The translations under genes and the position numbers were made by a program. DNA of 63,190 nucleotides, counting the filler, from Octopus bimaculoides (lineage: Eukaryota): assembly GCF_001194135.2 (NCBI RefSeq). It is 5 parts of 5 records of this genome, joined end to end, with 100 filler letters (N's around TTAATTAATTAA, not from the genome) between each part and the next. Parts side by side here need not be neighbours in the genome. Positions count along the whole stretch, not along the records: positions 13,504 to 31,257 come from NC_068985.1; positions 31,358 to 42,116 come from NW_026403233.1; 3 more parts are not named here. One strand, written 5' to 3'. Below, piece by piece: positions 24,800 to 37,733 of the stretch; the first letter of the stretch is position 1, and each line of letters starts with the position of its first letter. The notes beneath the pieces are model-generated. The model was not told the DNA's origin. It worked only from the letters and a program-made list of their open reading frames with translations, and did not search any database.

Positions 24800-24901
24800 N
24801 NNNNNNNNNNNNNNNNNNNNNNNNNNNNNNNNNNNNNNNNNNNNNNNNNNNNNNNNNNNNNNNNNNNNNNNNNNNNNNNNNNNNNNNNNNNCTGTTTCCT
24901 G

Positions 24902-24934
24902 TTTCTGAAGAAGAGCCTTGCACGAAGCGTAAAA
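24902..24934 (+). ncRNA. Degenerate minimal hammerhead motif (extra-A variant)
   Basis: UUU-CUGAAGA-A-GAGC-cuu-GCAC-GAAG-CG-UA-AAA: stem I UUU/AAA, one stem II mismatch, GAAA appears as GAAG. Confidence 0.45.
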
Positions 24935-26249
24935 CTACCTTTTTATTCCTTCCCTGAGCGTCTGTTAATACTTAGCATGTACCACGTCTTGTTTCTTCTT
25001 CCTTTTTTTGCGTTAACTATGTGTGTATATATATATATATATATACATAATGTAATATATATACATAATACATATCTATCTATGTATATACACACACACG
25101 CACACGCACACAACACACACACACACTCTCACACACACACGCACGCACATACACATATACAAATTTACTAAACAACATACAACGAAATCAACGGAAAGAA
25201 ATTTTCCTACAAAGAATACATGAACGATTTCTGTATATTTTGTGGGTGCTGTATGTATAAATGACATCCGTTCTGCTATTTTGACTTCAGAGATATTGGG
25301 TATCTCTCAAATAATGATCATACCACAATATGATTTATACTCGCTGACATATGTAGAAGGATTTGCATTATCTCTATGTGTATCTTAAAGTTGTTGTTTT
25401 ATGTAATCTAGTTGCAATCTAATATTGTCTTTAATATAATCTATCTTCTCCGCAGATTAATATGAGTTCATCACGAAAAAGCTACTTAAAAATACTGCAT
25501 TCTGTTAGATGTAGTAGCGAATATATTTCGCAACAGCAAAGGAAAAACAACGTTGTCGTTGTGTAAAAACGCATATCTTGCTTATTTTCGAATAGAATTT
25601 GGCAAGCAAGATGAGTCTTGGACGTCTTATAAACTTTACAAGCGTGTTGAGTACAAACGATAGTAGAAACACAAAGCAAAGTTTATTGTGTTCATAGTAC
25701 AGGGAGACATTCTAAGAGGAAAACAGTGAAAGATATTGCATTGTGAACGGAAATGGTTAAATTCTATACTATTTCACACAGCGATGAGGTTATAAAACTA
25801 GTGTTTGTTTCATTGCCATGATTATCCATCGCCTGACTTTGAAAGGAAATCAGTACTTGGCCTGAAAGTCTGGCGCCAACAGTGGAAGTGATTTGAAAGA
25901 AGCACTTAAATACCTGAGAAAGCTCAGTATTTCCATAAAGCTTAGTATTTCGATACAAGGTATCTGTCTGTCAAAGCAAGCATCTGAAAAAGAAACCTGT
26001 CTAAAACCGGAAGCTAAATTAACATGTAAAACAAAAAGTAGAAAGTTTTTTATACTTCACTCAAAATATTGAACATATGAACAAACTACCATGACATGTC
26101 CAGATATTTTTCCAAATAGGAAAATGGATTTAACATCCAAAATATTGGCATCATTACATAAATAGCTCAACTAGACCTTTTGTGTTCATGCGACGGCAGG
26201 TGCCGCCCAGTCAATAAAAATTAACGCAATGTATGAAATTTTAAATCAG

Positions 26250-27540
26250 AAACTGAGGGTATATTCCCAAATAAATTTTGAAAATGATCCTTGAGGAATT
26301 TTCTGGGGATTTTCAGTTCTAATTGGACTTGTTGGAGTTTTCACATCCGCTTATTTTGTTTACTATCTGCCAGGTTAGTGATATCTACATGTTTACAGTA
26401 GCATGCTTAATTTCATTGATTTATATTGGATGTAGTTTCATTCTTGAAGGATTAGATGTGTAATTTTAGTTTCAGGTGTTTTCTCTTGTTTACTCTCTCT
26501 TGGTCAGCCTAGGGGAGATTTTTATTAGTTCTAGGTTTGATGGGTATATTCTCTTTTACACTCTCTGTGTTCGATGTTACAAAATTATTGAATGTTGTGT
26601 TAGAGGAATTTTCTTCGTTTTCATTTTGTAGCAGCTCAAATCTGTTTCTATCTGATATTGTGTATTGATTGCAGATTATTCTGTTGTTTGTTAAAACTGA
26701 CCAGTCGTATGCGGGCCTGAAGGTGAAATTTCTATGTGGCAATTTTGTAGTCGCTGCTCGCTCCTTCAAATGTATCGTAAGACTCAGTGTTTAACGCGCT
26801 ATTCAACTTTTGCCTGTTGATTAGTTTCTAATCGATTTGCGCATTCGAACTATTGCTAAATGTGAATGTTTTTAGGTTGGAGGGTTTCTTTTGGAATTTG
26901 GCACTTAGACACACAGATTTTCAAAAATAAATTCATTTAGACACTGGCCATTTCTGTTCGTGTTTGTATGGTGTGCAACAATTATTGACCACACTTTTGA
27001 TATCATAACCAGCAATTTCCCAATTGATAAACTGATTGAAATCCTTAAAAACACCAAAAACCAAGAGCGTACTAGACTGATTAAAATTCCTTCTGAAGTC
27101 TAGAAAACAGGAGAAATCAATTATATTCTGTCAGGCCTCTGCAATACAATCTACAATGGAAGCAACATTAACAAATGGGTAGAAGGTTGCATACTCCCAT
27201 TTTCAAAGATAGATGATTTGGGTCTCGCAAAGAACTACACAAGGTACAACCAGAAATTGAGAAATGTTTGAGAAATCAAAATGTCTTCAGAAAAAACAGA
27301 TCAGTTTCAGACAGATATTTATAGTTCGTGGACTATTTGAAGGAGTAAAGTCAGATATTTTGAAGTAGTATTACTGTTTGTTGATTTTGATTCTGTCCAT
27401 TGTGGTAAAATGGAAAAAATACTACTGGCCTAAGGTTCTCTTACAAAACAACAGCAGCAATTATGATGCTCTGTAACAACAAAAAATCAATGGTAAGTTC
27501 CACATGTGGAGATACAAGATTCTTTGAAGAATCCTAAAAG
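26250..27540. mobile_element. RTE-clade LINE fragment with inverted 5' segment
   Basis: Minus 27005->26250: TNRNGQCLNEF...AQID...SDYKI...HFQNLFGNIP (EN end and linker). Plus 27010->27540: KIPSEV*KTG...KWVEGCILPF...LFVDF..SVH.GKMEKILLA (RT start). Confidence 0.75.
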
Positions 27541-27991
27541 CCAAGACCTTTCGCTTGGTACAGAATGGACTCAACTAAAGGCACCTTTATTTTCTAGGTG
27601 GTCATGTTAAACAAGGCAAGGAATATAGTCTATCAAAAAAACCAAAAACAAAAACCAAACAATAGGATTTGAACTTAAAAAGTAAAGAACCAACATAAAT
27701 AACTCATGCATCTGGTCTGTGTTTTTAACAATTCCGCCAATTCGCCAAACAACATAAGTAAATTATTTTATCGAAACGGAAATGATAGAAACTGAATTTC
27801 TCTATCCAAATACAAAGGCTCGTTCCTTCAGCTGGTGCTTTTAATGGTAAAATTCCTTTAACTCCAATCCGATGTTACCGTTTTTACTTGGCTACTTAGA
27901 GTATAAAGTACAATATTGATAATAAGGAGAATGAATACTTCAACATTCAAACTTTATGCTTATTTACAATTGGTTTATTTATAGTAATTGT

Positions 27992-28078
27992 CCGACATGT
28001 GTTTCGATCGCATTAATTGCAAATTATTGCATATGTATATGCAGTGATGTATGCATTACAAGTACGATCTCTTCAGGG
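27992..28078 (-). ncRNA. Hammerhead ribozyme with intact core and enlarged stem II
   Basis: Minus strand CC-CUGAAGA-GAUCG-[about 55 nt]-CGAUC-GAAA-C-ACAU-G-UC-GG; all conserved core nucleotides present, but stem I is only 2 bp. Confidence 0.65.
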
Positions 28079-28259
28079 TATATGCAACAATTTGTAATTA
28101 ATACGATCGAAATAGTGTCGGACAATTATTATGAATAAACCAACTAAACAAAGTAAAATTTGTAAACATAAAGTTTGAGTGTTCAAATTCTTCATTCTCA
28201 TTATCAATATCGTGTGTGCATATATATATATATATATATATAGATAAATTTAGATATGC

Positions 28260-30430
28260 TTCGACCAAAGATAGGTCCAAGCCATGTCCAATTTAATAGC
28301 ACCACCTGATAAGATTATCTAAATCCATTTTAAGTCAAGTTTTGTTTATAGTCCATTCAAGTAGAGAGTTCTTCTTGAGTGCGTTGTATCCAGGTATGGG
28401 TGGCTTATCTGGTATTCCTTGAAGTAATCTGTCTAGACTCCGTTTAAAGCTCATAGGATCATTTTCCTCTTTTATCTATTTTGGGATAATATTAAACAGA
28501 ACAGGGCCTGTTGAGGAAAAGAAATTATGCCGCAGTGTACCTATATGTTTTGATCCTGAATTGGGCAGGGGACGTATGGCCCATGGTCCCAGCCTTGGAT
28601 GAACCTTCAAACTAATGTTCAGGTCATTTGGGCAATGCTGCAGTATATTCTCCATATCGTACAAATGATGTACCGCTCGCGGCAGCGCTGGGTAGTGTAG
28701 AGCTTCAAGGCTTTAAGGTGGTCCCGGTAATCGAGATCAGTCATGCCTTCAATTCGTTTAGTGAGTGCTCTCTGGGGTGATTCAATCCTCGAGATGCTTT
28801 GTTTTGTATGGGGAGACCGCAAGGGGAAGCAGTATTCGAGGTCTGGCCGTACAAAGGAGGAGAAAAGTGGAATGATGACACCTTGTTCTCTGGACCAGAA
28901 GGTTCTTAAGATCCAAGAGCTCATCCTACGAGCTATATTGACCTTATTGTTGATGTGGGCACTCCAATTGAGATTGTTATCAACAATTACACCCAGATCT
29001 CTGATATTATTGGATGCCGTGAGCGGTTCCCCTGAAGGAAGAGAGTATGGCTGTTTTAGTATAGACTTTCTTCCAAAATACATCAGCTCAAGTTTTCCCT
29101 CGTTCAATTTTATTTTGTTTTTGTCTGCTCATTGACTCATAGCATATAGATCAGACTGGAGTTGAGTTCGGCCTTCTTCTTCAATGATGATTTGCTGGAA
29201 CTTAGTGTCATCAGCAACTATTTTCACTTGGCAGTGATTTACGACTCTGGAATTGTCATTTATATAAATTATAAAAAGGAGCGGGCCCAAGACAGTCCCC
29301 TGAGTGACACCACTGGTGACTTTTGCTGGGCTTGAGTGGACTCTATCGACCACAACTCCTTGTGTTCTATTCTCCAGGAAATACTCAATCCAGTGTAGAA
29401 GTTTTCCACGGATTCTAGCATTTGACAATTTTGAGAGTAAGATATTATGGTCAACCCTGTCGAACGCTTTACTGAAGTCAAGATATATGACATCAGCGTT
29501 CGAACCTGTCCACAAGGCTTTAAGTATATATTCAATGTGGTGTAAGAGCTGTGTTAGAGAGTCCCTGCTACAACGAAAGCCATGTTGGTTTGCATTTAGG
29601 AGTTTGTAGCTTTCCAGGAAGTCAGCTATCCTTGATCCTACCACCCTATCAAACACTTTAATGATGTGGGAGGGGAGTTAGATTGGGTGATAGTTGACTG
29701 CGAGGTGCGAGGGATCTATTTCTCTGTTTGAAAACCGGGATTACAGAGTGGGACAGGAGCTGTTTCGGTATATAACCTGAGTCTAAAGAATTTCTCCAGA
29801 GATTGGTCAGAGGGACTGCAAGTTGGTGTCTACATTCCTTCAGGAGACTTGAGGGGAATCTATCAGGGCCTACAGCAGAATAGTATTTGACTTCATTTAT
29901 TGCTGCTATGATGGTTGAAGCAGTGAAGGTTATGTCCGAGATTTTATGTTGGGAATCAACTTCGTTCGCTTCTCCTACGTCTATATCAGTGGGATCAATA
30001 AAGACAGCAGTATTGTTTCTGCAGTATTTCTGCCTTTTCTTTAGCATTGTGTTGGGGAATGCCGTTATCATCGATCAATGGCCCAATGGGTGAGATTGCA
30101 TAAGAATAGAACAATTTTGGGTTCTGTTTGATGTTTTTGATTACCCACTGTTCCTCTGCAGCTCTTTGATTTTCAATGTAGGTTTTCATGTCGGTCTGCA
30201 GATGAAGTTTTTCCAACTCCAGCCTTTTCATTGTTGTTGAATGTGGATGTTGGCTGTGGGAGTATTTTAATTGGTTGATTTTTTTACTGAGTCTTTTGAT
30301 GTGCCTGCTGAGTGTTTTTTTTTCTTTTTAGGAAGCCGGTTTCTGTTTGTGTTAGTGGATTTCGTAGGAGCGTGATTTGAGCATGTGTAGGTGACAATGT
30401 TCTCAAAGTGTTGCCATGCGGTATTAATGT
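28260..30430 (-). mobile_element. CR1-clade LINE, RT-containing 3' part, decayed
   Basis: NQHGFR, VIYLDFSKAFDRVDH, SGVTQGTVLGPLLFIIYIND, ADDTK, FVRPDLEYC, IESPQRALTKRI, YTTQRCRERY. Confidence 0.93.
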
Positions 30431-30629
30431 GAGTGGAACTGAGAGTGAAAGCCCAATCGATGAAGGACATATATATGTATATATATATTGATACATACAC
30501 ACTCATACACAAACACACACATACACATATAGATTATAGGTGCATGTGTGTGCATGTATGTTTGTATGTTTATGTATATACAAATACAACACATGTGCTA
30601 TTATCTATAAAATTGCAAATATACTTCCT

Positions 30630-31020
30630 TTTTATTCTTTTGTTTTTTACTTGTTTCAGTCATTTTGACTGTGGCCATGCTGGAGCACCGCTTTTAGTCG
30701 AATATATCGACCCCAGGATCTATTCTTTGTAAGTCTAGTACTTATTCTATGAGACTCTTTTGCCAAAACGCTAAGTTACGGGGATGCAAGCACACCAACA
30801 TTGGTTGTAAAGCGATGGTGAGGAGACAAACACTGTCGCACAAATGCACACACACACATAACCCCCACCGCACAATCACACAAACACACTCCCACACACA
30901 TATATACGCCAAGCTTCTTTCAGTCTCCGTCTACCAAATCCACTCACAAGGCTTTATTCGGCCCGAGGCTATAGAAGACACTTGCTCAATGTGCCATGCA
31001 GTGGAACTGAACCCGGAAGT
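30630..31020 (-). mobile_element. SINE family A, near full-length
   Basis: Full tail, internal CA tract and CORE-like GAAGACACTTGCTCAATGTGCCATGCAGTGGAACTGAACCCGGAA (reverse-complement B-box). Confidence 0.9.
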
Positions 31021-31337
31021 TATATACATATATCTGTGTGTGTGTGTATGTGTGTGTATGTGTGTGTGTATGTGTGTGTGTATGTATGTGTGTCTGTCTG
31101 TGCTTTTTTATACACACATCTTGACTTATTGTCAATCTCAGCCTGTCACAAAGAGTGACAAGGCTGGACATTTGAAATACAGGTAGTACACATTTTTGCC
31201 AACTGAGTGGACGTACACACACATACAAGGTGTGTATTTATTTATATATATATATATNNNNNNNNNNNNNNNNNNNNNNNNNNNNNNNNNNNNNNNNNNN
31301 NTTAATTAATTAANNNNNNNNNNNNNNNNNNNNNNNN

Positions 31338-31996
31338 NNNNNNNNNNNNNNNNNNNNCACTTTGTTGGCAGAAAGTAAAGAAATAACAGTAATAACGTCA
31401 GTGAAAAGTATATTAAGTAAATTGCCTTTACATATATCTATCACTATCAGTTACACAAGCAAAAGCAAAAACATTTATTCAAATCCTTCAAATTCAACGT
31501 CACTTTCAGCATCAAATAACTGTTCCATTTGTTCCTCTGTAAACATATCAGCATCATTGTAGTGTAAATCTCCGTCATCGTCAGATTCATAATCAACATC
31601 AGAAGATTCACTTTCATTTATTTCATCTTTCCATACAATGTCATCCTGAGTACTATCCAGTGCACACGATATACAACATTTGATAAAACTTTTCACAATA
31701 ATCTAGGGATCAAGTTCATTCCATGCATACACGATCTATTTGCATATCAAAGTCAGGTCGGAAGCGCGAACCCTTCCACCTTTAACGAACGACTTTTATG
31801 ATTCTTTTATGACTTCATTGCTTTCAGGCCGACATCACAAAATGCATCTGAATAAACATTGCCGGGCAGCAAATAGAGACTCGGACATTGCTTAGAAAAT
31901 ATTTTTCATTTTTAACCTCGTATATAGTACGCACTAGGGATTTTGACCTTTAAATTTTGGGGAAAAAATGCGGATTATACTCGAGGATTTACGGTA
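31338..31996 (-). mobile_element. pogo/Tc2-like DNA transposon remnant (one terminus joined to DDE C-terminal fragment)
   Basis: Terminal TA|CCGTAAATCCTCGAGTATAATCCGC; translation VYAWNELDP.IIVKSFIKCCISCALDSTQDDIVW plus an acidic tail; the other end is lost in an N-gap. Confidence 0.7.
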
Positions 31997-33517
31997 TGCA
32001 TATTCTTTGATAATAATAAGAAAATGTTTTAAACAGTTTAAAAGAGAGTATTCAACAAAAAGTGTTTGGTAGTATATACATACACCTAGAAGGAGATATA
32101 TTTAAGAATTTACAAAAAGTTGGAGAGGAACTGACCTGTCTTTTTAACATGTTTTCTCTCTTGTGTGTAACTAGGGAATGTTTGTTATTTTAAGGGACAG
32201 TGTGGGAGGCTGGTTGGGGTGGGGGTTGGAGGAAGAGTAATGTAGAATTAAAAGGATTCTTTTGTTTCTTGGCTAGTCTGTCATGGTTCAGTGGTTTTGG
32301 GGAGTGGTCTTGGAGGTCAGAATGGTGTGAGTGTGTGTGTCTCTGTGCACATCTCTGTGTGTGTATATGCATGTGTTTGTGTTTGTGTACGTGAGAGTGT
32401 TGTGTGTCTCTGTCTGAGTATGTATGTATTGTTTTAATTGTCCTTGTGGTGTGTGTGTGCAACTGTATGTACGTGTGAGGGTGCATATGTATGTGTGCAT
32501 CTGTGTGTGTGCATGCGTATGTTTGTGTGTTTTGTGTTGGTGGGGATGTTATGTGTGAGTACGTGAGTGTGTGTGTATGTGTGCGTGTGTGTCTCTGTCT
32601 GAGTATGTATGTATTGTTTTAATTGTCCTTGTGGCGTGTGTGTGTATGTGTGAGCAACCGTATGTGTGAGTGAGAGTGCATATGTATGTGTGCATTTGTG
32701 TGTGTGCGTGTGTATGTTTGTGTGTTTTGTGTTGGTGGGGATGTTATCTGTGTGTACGTGAGTGTGTGTATGTGTGTGTTATATTTATCAGGGGTTCTGT
32801 GTGTGTTGGGTTTATCTGGGTGGTGTGTATGTGTGTGCATGTGCGTTTTGTGTATGTTGGTACTGAGTATGCGTTTGTGTGTGTGTGCACATGTGTGTGT
32901 GTGCGCGCGCCGTAATTGTGAGTGATTAGTTTTGTTTGTATTGTTAGTGCAGTGTGTGTGTATACGTGTGGGTGTGTTTGTGTGAGTGCGTCTATGTTAC
33001 TTGTATTTGTCGGGGAGGTGTGTCATTGTGTGTGTGCATGCTTGTGTGTATGTGTGTTTGTGAGTGTTTGTTGTGATTGTTGGGATTGTATTGTGTGTAT
33101 ATATATGTGTGTGTGTGTTTTTCTATTGAGTGTAAGTGTGTGTGTGATCTTTTACTGGGGAACGGGTGTATTGTGTTTCTCTGTGTGTGTATGTGTGTGT
33201 ACATATGTGTGCATATATGTGTGTGAATGTGATTTGTAATTGTCAGGGTGGTGTGTAGGTGTGTGCATGTACATGTTTATGTATGTGTGTATGTGTGTGA
33301 GTTATGGTTGCTAGAATTGTATTGTATGTGTATATATGTATGTGTTTTTTCTTGGAATGTGTGTGGGCTTGTGCTCTAGTGTGGGGATATTGTGATTGTG
33401 CGTGTATGTATATGTATGTGTGTGTGTTTGCGTCGGAGGTTTGCATTGTATTTGTGTGTGTGTGATTTTGTACATGTGTATTTGTTTGGAGTGTGTATCT
33501 GGGGAGGGGGGAGTATG

Positions 33518-35823
33518 TTAGAGTATGTTGAGTTGTGGTCTGTATTTTTGAATAAGATTACTTTCCCTGTTTATTCGTGTTTGGTCAGTGGTGTTGTCCG
33601 GGCATTGGTATATTGGAAAAACTAGGAATTTGGGTGACTTGTTTTGTGCACAGAGATCTAAGTGCCCACTAAGTGGTATCTGTCTTGTGGTGGGATCCCT
33701 CAAATGTTGGCAGTGGACTGTCATTCTTTCTCTGAGGGCAAGGCTCGTTTGCCCTATGTAATCTTTGTGGCCCCCTTCACACCTTATGGCATAAAGAAAA
33801 TTTTTTGATGCGAAGGTGAAGTTATTTTTTATGATAAAAGTGTGTCCCGACTGGAATTTGTATGTTGTTCCTTCAATGAGGTTGATGCAAGTCCTGCAGT
33901 TGGAACGACCACATTTTTTTTACAGTGGGTGGTGGGCTTGTGTTGGGTAATTTTGCATTGGTGAGTGGGTTTTTTAGGGATTTGGGTTGTCTTTTGCTTT
34001 TTATTATTTTATGGGTTGCAAGTACTTTTTTTTAGATGTGGTCTTGATTTAGCAGTGGGATGTTCTTGTATATAATTGTGTAAGCTTCTGCATTTCTTGG
34101 ATTGTGTGTTGAGAGATATGGGACACTATTTAATGTGCTGTGAGTGTGTTTCGGTTTTCGCAAGTCTTGGGTAGCAATTGTCTTAGCCCGTTCTATTCCA
34201 TTGTCAACTAATGATGCTGGGCAATGTCTTTCGAGAAGAATTGCCTTTAGTTCTTGGAGTATTTTATTTTATGTTCTATAATTTGAAACAATTGTACAGA
34301 TTCTTCTTGCTAGGTTGAAGGGAATGTTTGTCTTCATGTGCTTTGGGTGATTGGAGGTGAACAGAAGGTATTGTCTGGAATCAGTTGGTTTGTAGTGGAT
34401 ATCAGTTTCAATGTTGGTGCCTTTTTTTATAGTGAGAATGTCAAGAAAAGGAAGTTGGTCTTGACTATATTCCAGTGTAAATTGGATATGGTTGTTGACA
34501 CTGCTGATTAAGTTTTTGAAATCAATGATTTGGTCGAGTGTGTGNNNNNNNNNNATTAAGTTTTTGAAATCAATGATTTGGTCGAGTGTGTGTGACCATA
34601 GGATGAGGCAATCATCCAAGTAGCGTTTCCAATTCTCCAACAGGTATTTGTAGAAAGACAGGCTGTATTTAGTTTTGGATTCTTCATAGTTTTGTAATTC
34701 TAGGTAGGCCATCACCAGGCTTGCATAAGTAGGGGCAACTTTAGTACCCATTGCAGTCCCTGATACCTGTCTGTAGGTGTTATTATAAAAATTCAAAAAG
34801 TTGTTTTGGAGGATAAACTTAAGGCCCTCGATGATGAATTCTTTTTTTTATTCTTTCTGGGACCTCATTGGGGTATTTTTTTAGCCAGAATTTAATGGCT
34901 TCCAGTCCATATTGATGTGGGGTCGTTGTGTAAAGGTTTATTACATCAAAGGAGACAATGAAAATGTCTTTATTGGTATGTTTGGGGAGATGATTTAGTA
35001 GGTCCAGATCATCTCTTACAATACTTGGTATGTGTTTAAGTATTGGTTTCAAGAGGATATCGATAAAGTTACTTAATCTGTGTGTTTCACAGTTTGGGTC
35101 TGCCACAATTGGTCTCAGTTTGAGATCAGTAGGATGTGGTACAGTGATGCAGGTTGAAGTGGACTTTTTGCAAGCTTCGGTAATAATTTTGCTCTTGTGG
35201 ATTTTTGGAAGCCCATAGAGGATGCTGGTTTTACAATTAAAGTTTGCTAGGTAGTTGCATTCCTTTGCTATTAAGTTATTTCGATGTTGGCAAATGAGTG
35301 TGTTTAATTTGGTCATTGTTTTTTATTGTTTTCATAGTGGGTAGTCTTGTAAGAGGTGAGATACAGAGTCTTTGTATTGTTCTGTATCCATAATGACGAC
35401 AATATTACCCTTATCTGCTTCCTTGATTGTGATGTAATGATTGTTTCGTAACTCATAGATGATTTCCCACTCCCTTTTACTGGTGTTGGGTTTGGGTTTA
35501 GGTTGTGGAAGTTCACTATAAGGGAAGTTTGAAATGTAGTCATAAAATTTGTCCAAAGTTTTGTTTCTACTTTTTATGGGATTATAATTGCTCTTGTTAC
35601 GAACCATTGATTCGTTACTATTGATTTCTTTGTCAAAATATTCCTCTGCGAGGCGTAATTTTCTGCAAAATTGTGAGACATCATCCTGTTTTTCACTCAG
35701 GTTGGGGTATTGTGGAGTTGGAGTGAATTTTAGTCCTTTTGAAAGGATTTTGATTTGTTGGTTCGACAGGTTTAGGTTTGAGAGATTCACTATTTTTGGT
35801 TTTTCAGGGTTGGTGTGTACCAT
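33518..35823 (-). pseudogene. PLE RT / GIY-YIG reading frame, broken by frameshifts and stops
   Basis: ORF track fragments 35332-35823, 34819-35316, 34269-34796 and 33518-33724 are collinear pieces of one polyprotein. Confidence 0.9.
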
Positions 35824-37238
35824 CTGGTGTCGTGGATTCTGTTGCCCTGGCCTAAAAAATGATTTCTGGGGGTTCTTCTGCTTGCGGTATTTTGGTATGT
35901 GTTGATCTTTCCCTCATTGATGTGTTGCCTACTAAAGGGGTTTTGGTTATTCCGGGGTCTGGGTTGTTGGTGTGGCCTACTGGAGGAGTTTTGGTTATTT
36001 CAGGGTCTGGGTTGTTCGTACTGGTGTAATTTTGGTTCCTTAGAGTGGGTTAAAACCTACAATCTTGGTTTAGAGATGAATTCCTATATGACGGATGGAA
36101 TCTTCGAGTTTGGAACGGTTTGGGTTGGAATCTACAATCGTAGTTTGGAGGTGAATTCCTGTGTGATAGGTGGAATCTTTGATTTTGGAACGGTTCTTGT
36201 GTGGGCTGGGATCTACAGTGTCTGGTAAAGTTTTGTCTTGGGATGGTGGATACCTGGGTTCTTTTGATAGGGTTGTAGTGCTGTCTGAAAGTTCTGTTAT
36301 TGTTGTTGTCAAAGTTAGGAGTGGTGCATGTTTTATGTTTTCTTTGTTGTTGGTGAGGTGTGTGAGTTATAGTTGTTTTTTTTAAAGTGTTAGTTGCTTG
36401 TAAGGTGTTCGTTTTTAAACTCCGTTTTGTAATTGGCGAACCAGGTGTTTTCTCCTTTCGGTGGAGGGATGTTAGTTCTTCATCCTCAGTTTTTTCTCCA
36501 GAGTTTGGTGGGTTCATCAAAGAGTGCACCTTCATGGCATTTTGACATTTCAGTTTGCATTTCGTTGTCAAGTGCCTTGAATTTTTCTTTGCTGGAATTG
36601 GCTCTTAGCTGTAACAGTTCTATTTCTGTTTTGAATTTTTCGAAAGCCAATTTCTCCTCGAGTTTTTGTTGATTTTCTAGTTCATTTTGGATGGGTTTTA
36701 TTTTCAGTTTTTTGGGTTCCTACCCAAAAATTGGGGTGGAGTTATGCCGCTTTTCATAAATGTCTGCTTTGTTATTATTTTTTATGTAGTTCCAGAAAGC
36801 AATTTGCGTGCTGTAAGACATTTTTTCCAGCTGTTGTTAAGAGTGTTTTTAATTGAGCTTGTAGTGTGTTCCTGCTTTTTAATTGAGTCTGTAGTGTGTT
36901 CCTGCTTTTGAAGTATTGTTGTCTCTATAGATTTGATTAGATTTTGTAATGTTGGGATAATGTCACCAGTTTGATTAACTGTTTTAGCCGCCAGGAGTTC
37001 ATTTAGGTATAAATGTGATTGCTTGACTTTGTTAGTTAGGGTTGAGAGTTTGGAGGAGATTTCCTGTAATTCTTTTAGGACGCTTTGGTTCAATAAGTTA
37101 TCTGTTTGTTGTGATTTAGGTGGCGTTTTCGGGACTCGTATGGTGTTTGTATATAACAAAGTAAAGATGTAAGATACCGCATGAGTGGAAATATATATGA
37201 AAGAAGGTTTGAAAATGCAATTTTAAAGATATTTATTC

Positions 37239-37280
37239 ACTTGACCGGTTTCACTTTTTTAGAAAAAGATTATCAAAATT
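37239..37280 (-). ncRNA. Degenerate minimal hammerhead in the PLE 5' region
   Basis: AAUU-UUGAUAA-U-CUUUUU-cua-AAAAAG-U-GAAA-CCGG-UC-AAGU; palindromic CCGG stem III, GUC site, 6-bp stem II; core substitutions at C3 and G8. Confidence 0.6.
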
Positions 37281-37694
37281 AAAATATAAAGCTTTGTATA
37301 AACTTTGTTATGTTAAAAAATGGTTATCACAAAAGTATCAAAATACAGTTATACAGTCTGATAAGAATGATAAGAATATGTTAAAAACAGTTTACAAGAA
37401 AGTATTCAAGAAAGGGAATACAATAAATATTTTGAGTTCAATAAAAATCATGTTTGTTTGGTAGATATATTTAAGAATTTACAAAAAAATTGGAGAGGAA
37501 TACCTGACCTGTCTGTCTAACATTTTCTGTCTTGTGTGTAGCTAAGGAATGTTTGCTATTTTAAAGGATACTGTAGGAGGCTGGTTGGGAGAGAAGGAAG
37601 AGCAATGTGGAGTCAAAAGGTTTTTTTTGTTTCTGGGATAGTCTGTCATAGTTCAGTGGTTTTGGGGAGTGGTCTTAGAGGTCAAAATTGTGTG

Positions 37695-37733
<39 letters not shown>

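Noticed and set aside
34508-34590. Direct repeat ATTAAGTTTTTGAAATCAATGATTTGGTCGAGTGTGTG on both sides of a 10-N gap
   Set aside because: Typical unmerged contig overlap rather than a real duplication in the PLE RT.
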